Shown one piece after another: positions 57,589 through 64,000 of a stretch of 64,000 nucleotides of DNA. Position numbers and translations under genes: made by a program. The stretch is from Candidatus Micrarchaeota archaeon (GTDB taxonomy: Archaea > B1Sed10-29 > B47-G15). Position 1 is the first letter of the stretch; the number at the start of each line of letters is the position of its first letter. The stretch spans positions 32,001-96,000 of the forward strand of contig QMVG01000003.1 of the NCBI GenBank assembly GCA_003660975.1, in the 5' to 3' direction. Below the pieces are notes generated by a model, which was not told the DNA's origin, did no database searches, and worked only from the letters and a program-made list of their open reading frames with translations.

Positions 57589-58445
57589 TTTCTTGCCTCC
57601 GTTAACCACGGGTATTTTTTCTCTGCTACTGCGAAGAGAGTATAAGCATTTAGATTGCCAAGCTCTGTAGAAACAAAGTCAATAAATTTAGCAGGTGTCA
57701 GGTCAAAGGCAGGGTTCATAATCTTTATTTTCTTCGGTGCGTTTCTCCATACCTCTGAGGCCTTTCTTTGCTCTATTTTTATATCTCTTTTGCTTTTGCT
57801 GGCATCTATTTTTAGTAGCTCTACCACCGCTCCCACTTTTTTCCCATAGTCATGGGCTATTTTAGCCATCATTGCAGTGCCTATCTTGTTCATTATGCAG
57901 TTGTTGGCTGTTATCACATCCCCGCCCATAAGAAAGAAATCTACTTCTGCCATAAATTCCATTGCTGCTGAGTCAATTATGAATTTAACAGGAATGCCTT
58001 CAGATGCCAATTCCTTGGCTGTTATTCTGCCCTGGTATAATGGCCTTGTTTCAGTTACTATAACGTTGGGTTTCTTGCCTATTCTCTTGGCCTCTATTAT
58101 ACTTTCAACCACAAGTGATGAGTGGCAATGCGTCATTATCGAGGACTTATCAGGGATTTTGGACGCGCAGTTTATTACTGCCTTTCTTTTAGCCTCTTTT
58201 ATCATGGATATAAATTCGTCAACAGCGTCTTTTATGCTCATCTTCACAGATGCGCTTTTTACAAAATTGAGGCCGTTGAAAAGAAGAGGTTCATTTGGTC
58301 TTGCTCTGCTTAGTATTCTTACTGCTTTATCCAGGTCTTTTTCGTCAATATGTCTAATTGCTTTGAGCCCTGCAATAGCTATATTTGTGGCTCCCTGGAT
58401 TTTTATTGCTCTTATGCGCTCAGCAGTTTTCCTCACAGTTTCCAT
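57579..58445 (-). CDS. Ribose-1,5-bisphosphate isomerase (eIF-2B-like family)
   Basis: IQGATNIA, RPNEP, THCHSS, ETRPLYQG, NKIGT, NPAFDLTP; close to AMP phosphorylase. Confidence 0.88.
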   Translation of the reverse strand: METVRKTAERIRAIKIQGATNIAIAGLKAIRHIDEKDLDKAVRILSRARPNEPLLFNGLNFVKSASVKMSIKDAVDEFISMIKEAKRKAVINCASKIPDKSSIMTHCHSSLVVESIIEAKRIGKKPNVIVTETRPLYQGRITAKELASEGIPVKFIIDSAAMEFMAEVDFFLMGGDVITANNCIMNKIGTAMMAKIAHDYGKKVGAVVELLKIDASKSKRDIKIEQRKASEVWRNAPKKIKIMNPAFDLTPAKFIDFVSTELGNLNAYTLFAVAEKKYPWLTEARKWY

Positions 58446-58461
58446 TACTTAGAGAAAAGAA

Positions 58462-59037
58462 TTAGCTCTTTTTATTCTTATTCTCTCTTTGCCTTAGTAT
58501 TTCGTCAAATTCGCTTCTTATTTGCCCTAATCTCTCTTTAGGATATTTTACTGTTTCAATACCAGCTTCCTTGAACAGCTGCAATGAGAAGTCATGCGGA
58601 TAGTCTTCAATGTAATGGACCTTAACTATCCCAGCGTTTATTATGCTCTTTGCGCAGAAGACACAGGGGCTTGTTGTGGCGTACATCACAGCACCTTTTG
58701 TTGAATGTCCATGATAAGCAGCTTGCAGTATGGCATTTTCTTCTGCATGCACTGCATAAGAATATTCTAAACCTTCGCCGCTCTTGAAGCCCATCTTTTT
58801 TCTGTTGCAATAACCCTTTTCAACACAGTTCCTTATGCCTCTTGGGGCGCCATTGTATCCTGTGCTTATTATATGTTTGTCTTTCACTAGTATAGCTCCT
58901 GTGCGTCTGGATAAGCAAGTGCTCCTCGTCGAAACGATGTCGGCAATCATCATGAAGTAGTCATCCCACGATTGCCTTTTTCTTTTCTCTATGAGCAACC
59001 ACGGGCTTAGGTCTCTGACAGAACCAGAATATACCAT
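58462..59037 (-). CDS. dCMP/cytidine deaminase family protein
   Basis: WDDYFM, RSTC, TGYNG, HAEENA, PCVFC. Confidence 0.92.
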   Translation of the reverse strand: MVYSGSVRDLSPWLLIEKRKRQSWDDYFMMIADIVSTRSTCLSRRTGAILVKDKHIISTGYNGAPRGIRNCVEKGYCNRKKMGFKSGEGLEYSYAVHAEENAILQAAYHGHSTKGAVMYATTSPCVFCAKSIINAGIVKVHYIEDYPHDFSLQLFKEAGIETVKYPKERLGQIRSEFDEILRQRENKNKKS

Positions 59038-59114
59038 ATTTGTTCTTCTGTCTTTTCTTATTTTTAAAAGTTTTCAGCCAGTAAATTTATAAACGTAATA
59101 AACCTTTTCCATTT

Positions 59115-59405
59115 GTGAGAGGAGAAATTAGCTTAGATGAGAGGGCAGAAATCAAAAGGTACAAAAAGGACTTTCTAACATTGCTAGCTGTTAGTTTTCT
59201 TCTTTCTGTTTCAATGGTTGTTGTTATTTTGATGGCTGTAGATTTCTCAACGATAACAGGAAACATATACCTGTGGATAGTGCAGGGGGTGGTGGTTCTC
59301 ACCACTCTTTTCTTCAGCTTAGCGTCATTATTCAAGTTCGTTTTTAGCTACGGGTGGGCAGAGGCCGAGTTTAAGAAATCTGAAGAAATTAGAAGATTAC
59401 ATTGA
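59115..59405 (+). CDS. Small two-TM protein
   Basis: Two hydrophobic helices. Confidence 0.55.
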   Translation: MRGEISLDERAEIKRYKKDFLTLLAVSFLLSVSMVVVILMAVDFSTITGNIYLWIVQGVVVLTTLFFSLASLFKFVFSYGWAEAEFKKSEEIRRLH

Positions 59406-59413
59406 GGGCTCAC

Positions 59414-60019
59414 ATGATAAGAACCGTCATATTTGATTTTGGAGGTGTGGTTGCAGATTTTGATAATTCGCTTTTCATATCCAGACTTTCTAAAAAAAGT
59501 CCCCTTTCTTTAGAAGCTATTGAGAGGGAGATATATGGAAAAAAGCTTGATGTCTTGTTTGAGAAAGGGCTTATAAGTAGCAGGGCATTTTACTACGAGG
59601 TAAAAAAGCGCTGCTATTTAAAGATGGATTATGAATCTTTTAAAAAAGCATATATCAATATCTTCACGCCGGTAAATGGGATGCTATCAATCATTCGTTC
59701 GCTGAAGAAAAAAGGTTACAGAGTGCAATTATTATCTAACACCAATTACCTGCATTTCTACAATGTCATAAGGCACTACCCTGCTGTCAAATTGATGGAT
59801 GCAGTTTCACTTTCCTTCCGAGTGGGAGCTATGAAGCCAAGTAGGAGGATATATATGGATGCAGTTAAAAAAGCAAAATGCAGAGTAGAAGAGTGCTTGT
59901 ATGTAGATGACATAAAATCTCTTGTTGAAGCTGCTGAAGAGATAGGAATGAAGGGCATAGTGTTCAAAAACCCCAAGAGACTCAAGCAGGGCTTGAAATC
60001 TTTTGGCATTGTGGTTTAG
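59414..60019 (+). CDS. HAD-superfamily phosphatase
   Basis: FDFGGV, LSNT, KP, YVDD. Confidence 0.88.
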   Translation: MIRTVIFDFGGVVADFDNSLFISRLSKKSPLSLEAIEREIYGKKLDVLFEKGLISSRAFYYEVKKRCYLKMDYESFKKAYINIFTPVNGMLSIIRSLKKKGYRVQLLSNTNYLHFYNVIRHYPAVKLMDAVSLSFRVGAMKPSRRIYMDAVKKAKCRVEECLYVDDIKSLVEAAEEIGMKGIVFKNPKRLKQGLKSFGIVV

Positions 60020-60465
60020 GCCTGTTTTGAGAAGCTGACTATATTTGTTTTGCCCTTCTTTTTTATTTCCACAATGCCCATGCTGTGGAGCTTTTTTACA
60101 ATTCTGTGCACCTTAACTTTTGAAAAGCCAGTCTCCTTTCCTATCTTGGATTGGCTTATCTCCTTGTTTTTTAGTATTAATTCAACAATTTTTCTTTCTT
60201 CTTCTGGAACAAGAGCCAGCATCTTTTCGAGGTCTTTATCCTGCGGCTTTGCCCTTTCTCGTGCGTGCGTCATGTGATATACAATAACACCAGTGATAAA
60301 GCCTACAGAACCCAGGAGAGGAATCAGATACTGTATTGGCAGTACGCAGCCGCATAGGTTTCCCGTCGTTATCTCGTTCTGTACATATAAAGCTGTGAAA
60401 GAAACCACCATTACAAAGACACCAACGATCACAGCTGCAATAAAAGCCTTATTTTCATCTTCCAT
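60016..60465 (-). CDS. Membrane-anchored winged-helix regulator
   Basis: Two TM helices with loop CGC; SQSKI...SKVKVHRIV...GKTN. Confidence 0.8.
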   Translation of the reverse strand: MEDENKAFIAAVIVGVFVMVVSFTALYVQNEITTGNLCGCVLPIQYLIPLLGSVGFITGVIVYHMTHARERAKPQDKDLEKMLALVPEEERKIVELILKNKEISQSKIGKETGFSKVKVHRIVKKLHSMGIVEIKKKGKTNIVSFSKQA

Positions 60466-60534
60466 AGCTTTAGTTTCATTTTTTGAAACTTATAAATATA
60501 TATGGTTTCAATGGTAATTAACGAAGGTGGTTTG

Positions 60535-61650
60535 ATGAGGAAAATGGTCCTGCTCATATCTCTGTTGTTTTTGGTTAATACTGTATTTGCGGAGGCCAAT
60601 AGTTTTGACGTTTACCTATTTTATGGCAGGGGTTGTCCTCACTGTGCAGCCCTTATGCAGTATTTAGATTCAATATCGGATGAGTACCCAAATATGAGAT
60701 TACATTTGTATGAGGTTTATTTCAATCAGAAGAATAGAGAGCTCTTCGGACGCATGGCTGAAGCATACAACACAGAGATCCAGGGCGTGCCAACACTCTT
60801 TGTTGATGACAAGGTTATTGTAGGTTACGCCCCATCAATGCAAGCCGTGTTCAGACAGGTATTTGACAAGTGCAGCGAAACTTATTGCAGTGACCCCATA
60901 AAAAGATTAGAATCAAGCGAAAACAGAAACATATCCATTTCTGTGTCAGAAAGCTCTCCTGTAGAGAGCAAGGAAAAACTAACTCTTCCCCTGGTAATAG
61001 GAGCTGCCTCAGTTGATGCTATAAATCCCTGTGCATTTGCTGTTCTCATCCTTCTAATGAGCACTGTGCTTGCCAGCTCAAAGAGAAGAAAAGCTCTCTT
61101 TTCAGGTTTGTCCTTTTCTGCGGCTGTTTACATGATGTATTTTCTTATGGGCATTGGGATTTTCACAGCCATCCAATTGAGTGGTCTCTCAGAACTGTTT
61201 ATGAAGTTCATAGGCGTATTGGCGTTAATTGTTGGCGTTTTTAACATAAAAGATTTTATAAAATTGGGGGCACTTGGTTTTGTTATGGAGGTTCCTCTGT
61301 CATGGAGGCCAAAGATGCAGGCTTTCATAAAGAGTATTACCAGCGTGCCTGGAGCTTTTTTAATAGGTTGCTTGGTTAGTCTCTTTTTGCTCCCATGCAC
61401 AAGTGGGCCTTATATCGTTATTCTAGGTATGCTTGCAAATCAGTCAACCCAAATGCAGGCTGTTTTGTGGCTGTTGCTTTACAACTTTATTTTCATACTT
61501 CCTATGATTGGCATAACTCTTGCAATATACTGGGGCCTTTCAACACCTGAAAGTGCTGCCAAGTGGAGGGAAAAGAAATTGAGGTATCTCCATTTGATAG
61601 CAGGTATTGTTATGATTGCTATGGGTCTGATTATACTGTTCATGCTTTGA
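60535..61650 (+). CDS. Thioredoxin domain fused to a CcdA/DsbD-like membrane domain
   Basis: Signal peptide, CPHC, GVP, DAINPCAF, LPCTSGPY, LYN. Confidence 0.87.
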   Translation: MRKMVLLISLLFLVNTVFAEANSFDVYLFYGRGCPHCAALMQYLDSISDEYPNMRLHLYEVYFNQKNRELFGRMAEAYNTEIQGVPTLFVDDKVIVGYAPSMQAVFRQVFDKCSETYCSDPIKRLESSENRNISISVSESSPVESKEKLTLPLVIGAASVDAINPCAFAVLILLMSTVLASSKRRKALFSGLSFSAAVYMMYFLMGIGIFTAIQLSGLSELFMKFIGVLALIVGVFNIKDFIKLGALGFVMEVPLSWRPKMQAFIKSITSVPGAFLIGCLVSLFLLPCTSGPYIVILGMLANQSTQMQAVLWLLLYNFIFILPMIGITLAIYWGLSTPESAAKWREKKLRYLHLIAGIVMIAMGLIILFML

Positions 61651-61652
61651 GG

Positions 61653-62102
61653 TCAGCCTCTTGTCATCTGTGCCCCGCACTTCGGACATTTTATGACATA
61701 GCATGGACTACCCCTTTGGTGAGGCACCCTGTATCCACAGTTAGGGCAGACGCAGTATCCTCCTGGCCCAAGCCCAAAACCACCTTGTCTTCCTCTACCT
61801 CTTCCATATCCTGCTCCTGCCATTTCATAAACACCTCCTTCTATTCTTATAGCTCTTCCTGTTGTTATGGCAGTGGCTACTTTCGCCCTTGCGCTTCTGA
61901 GTAAGCGGCTAAGAGTGGGCTGTGAGATGTTCATTTTCTTAGCTGCCTCCTCTTGAGATAAGCCGTCCTTATCAACCAGCCTCAGGGCTTCGTGTTCATC
62001 GAATGTTAATATAATCTCTTCAAAATTGCTTACACCGCCAGGTAGGAAAATATCCACTTCTGGTTCCATCCATATTCTCCTACATCTCCTTGGTCTTGGC
62101 AT
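61653..62102 (-). CDS. DUF134 HTH protein fused to a Gly/Cys-rich metal-binding domain
   Basis: MPRPRRCR, EALRLVD, QEEAA...SQPT; GPGGYCVCPNCG...PC...CPKCG. Confidence 0.87.
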   Translation of the reverse strand: MPRPRRCRRIWMEPEVDIFLPGGVSNFEEIILTFDEHEALRLVDKDGLSQEEAAKKMNISQPTLSRLLRSARAKVATAITTGRAIRIEGGVYEMAGAGYGRGRGRQGGFGLGPGGYCVCPNCGYRVPHQRGSPCYVIKCPKCGAQMTRG

Positions 62103-62404
62103 CAGGCTCTCTCCAAGGCTTGCTTGACGGTAATGCCAGAGAGCTCCACTGCTTTTACTCCTCTTTCCAACAAAGCTGCTCTCATATTAGGCCCCATTCT
62201 TCCTGCTATTACTTTGTTTACTCCTCTGTCGGCTAACATTCTGGCAACAGAAAATCCTGCTCCGCCACCTCCTATCCGGAATGGGTTGCTTATAACTTCA
62301 ACAAGCTTTCCATCTTCAAATATTAAGTAATAAGGCGCTCTGCCGCCTATGTTGCTAACCATTGAGTTCTCATCCCTTCCCTCAGATGCTATTGCTACCT
62401 TCAT
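62102..62404 (-). CDS. NifB/NifX-family FeMo-cofactor-binding-like protein
   Basis: KVAIAS, GRAPYY, NP...GGAG, GPN. Confidence 0.88.
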   Translation of the reverse strand: MKVAIASEGRDENSMVSNIGGRAPYYLIFEDGKLVEVISNPFRIGGGGAGFSVARMLADRGVNKVIAGRMGPNMRAALLERGVKAVELSGITVKQALERA

Positions 62405-62922
62405 AACAATCTCGCCTCCTCAATCTTTTCGATTATTATTCCTTGCAATATAGAAGCAAGGATCATGACAACAGTCAATACCAATGTGAATGACATGCCA
62501 AAGTAAAGGATTAACATAGGCAATAGTGGTATCTTTACTGCTCTGTTGTACAAAAAACAAGCGATAAAGCCATAGTTTACCCCTTTATCTTTGAGGTCTC
62601 TTAGTAATGGATACCACATATAGACAGGACCTGTAGATATAATGCCTCCAAGTATTGCTATAAACCACCTCTTAACGCCAGATGATTTTCCGAGGTGGGT
62701 GGCAACTTTCTTTGGGCTTATGTATTTGTTTGTCAAAGCCATTATTGCGATAATGACAATGAGAACAAACAGTATATTTTTGAATATGTTCAAACTAAAT
62801 GTAAGTGCCATAAAGGTCTTTTCCCTGTTAATGATTAACATCACAGCGTAAAGCATGAGAACAGCTAAGAGAAAATACCATGCAGTCATGCTTTTTTCTG
62901 GATTTCTTTTTAACAATTTCAT
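62401..62922 (-). CDS. Permease, DUF318-like half
   Basis: GGIISTGPVYMWYPLL, multi-TM. Confidence 0.8.
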   Translation of the reverse strand: MKLLKRNPEKSMTAWYFLLAVLMLYAVMLIINREKTFMALTFSLNIFKNILFVLIVIIAIMALTNKYISPKKVATHLGKSSGVKRWFIAILGGIISTGPVYMWYPLLRDLKDKGVNYGFIACFLYNRAVKIPLLPMLILYFGMSFTLVLTVVMILASILQGIIIEKIEEARLL

Positions 62923-63335
62923 AACAACCCCACCAAATAAACTGTTGATACTGCCACTAATATGGAAAGCAGAAAGCTAACCGCATTTCTTAGTAATGCA
63001 AAGCGCTTTCCTAATATCATCATTTCTGCTGGCAGCTGTACGAGGCCAACAGTCACCCAAGCAACTATGAAAGCAGTTACAGCCACCAAACTAACGCCTG
63101 ACTTTAAAAATTCCCCTCCAAGCACATAGCTTGTTATTGGATTACCTGCCAATACGCTTCCAGTTGCAGAGCCGATTATTGGGTCAAGTATGTAATTACC
63201 TGTAAACACTACCTTATAAACTGATTTAGGTATAAGCACATTTACAAGACCTATAAGTAATACTACTCCTATCAGGACGGGAACGCTGCCCCACAGCGAT
63301 CTCACTGCTCTTGCTAATGCTTCCTGCCAGTTCAC
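62919..63335 (-). CDS. Permease, DUF318-like half
   Basis: GSVLAGNPITSY, AWVTVG...PAE...RN. Confidence 0.8.
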   Translation of the reverse strand: MNWQEALARAVRSLWGSVPVLIGVVLLIGLVNVLIPKSVYKVVFTGNYILDPIIGSATGSVLAGNPITSYVLGGEFLKSGVSLVAVTAFIVAWVTVGLVQLPAEMMILGKRFALLRNAVSFLLSILVAVSTVYLVGLL

Positions 63336-63571
63336 GCTCTCAGCTCCTTGAGTCTGTCTTCAATCCTTCGCCTCTCCTCATCCAAGAATCTCAACTCATC
63401 TTCAAGTAATCTTATCTCATCCTCTTTGCTGATTGCTCTACTGTAAGGCAGATAGCTTCTGTACCATGGGCTGTAATACCTTCTTCTATACCAAAAAGCC
63501 CTGCAAGGTCCACGCCCCCATCCTGTCCCAGGACCTAGTCCAAGAGGGCCTGTTCCATCTCCAAATGGCAT
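63332..63571 (-). CDS. DUF5320-like protein
   Basis: MPFGDGTGPLGLGPGTGWGRGPC plus C-terminal coiled coil; GGAGGTGGTGA RBS. Confidence 0.85.
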   Translation of the reverse strand: MPFGDGTGPLGLGPGTGWGRGPCRAFWYRRRYYSPWYRSYLPYSRAISKEDEIRLLEDELRFLDEERRRIEDRLKELRA

Positions 63572-63763
63572 ATCACCACCTCCTTATCTATTTTGAATTA
63601 TTATTCATATCAAGTAATGAATTTATATTCAAAATACTATATAAAGCTTTCGGTAGAAGTAAGTCCTGTAGGGTTGGGAGGAACTAGTTTAGAAACATCT
63701 TCTTTTATAGGTTATTTTTATATGGTTATCGGTAATTACTCCTGTTCTCTTTTTTCATCAAAT

Positions 63764-64000
63764 TCACAGATATTTCACCTTACGAAAGTCCATTTGTTTT
63801 AAGAGATGTGCTACTGCCTTCTCTTTGCCCCAATCTCCCCATGGTCCCGGTACTTTTATTTTATTTTTTATTTTATATGCAAAATCATATACTTCAGGTA
63901 ATATGTCTTTCCAGCTCTCTCCTGCTTCGTCATATAGGGGCTTTAAAGGATAGAAAAACATATCAATTCCTTTCCTAAGTAGGAAATCCTCATCATCAGA
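63764..64000 (-). CDS. 3' end of an unidentified protein entering from the window edge
   Basis: The frame of track ORF 63764-63961 stays open to the edge. Confidence 0.45.
   Translation of the reverse strand, partial: SDDEDFLLRKGIDMFFYPLKPLYDEAGESWKDILPEVYDFAYKIKNKIKVPGPWGDWGKEKAVAHLLKQMDFRKVKYL

Overview
Gene-dense archaeal chromosome segment. The content fits a DPANN-type, nucleotide-scavenging fermenter (inference): Alba, Sec61beta, archaeal EndA, Dph5, NMD3, HARP, an unlinked 5S rRNA, ADP-forming acetate-CoA ligase, AMP phosphorylase and ribose-1,5-bisphosphate isomerase. Housekeeping genes include argS, aspS, trpS, glyS, DNA ligase and Mre11. RNA genes are tRNA-Arg(UCU), tRNA-Val(GAC), tRNA-Ala(CGC) and 5S rRNA. 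The best candidate for an undescribed system is an AT-richer operon at 28.2-31.0 kb: a degenerate Nudix protein, a KaiC-like ATPase, a V4R ligand-binding protein and a DDxxD isoprenoid-synthase-fold protein. Other oddities are an HD-domain gene between two attC-like palindromes, tRNA-Arg starting directly after the argS stop codon, a surface-protein paralogue broken by a single in-frame TAG, an Nre/rubrerythrin chimera, an att-like tRNA-Val duplication enclosing three hairpins, and scattered orphan proteins with Arg/Lys-rich N-termini. All calls come from reading motifs by eye. No database searches or GC computations were run.
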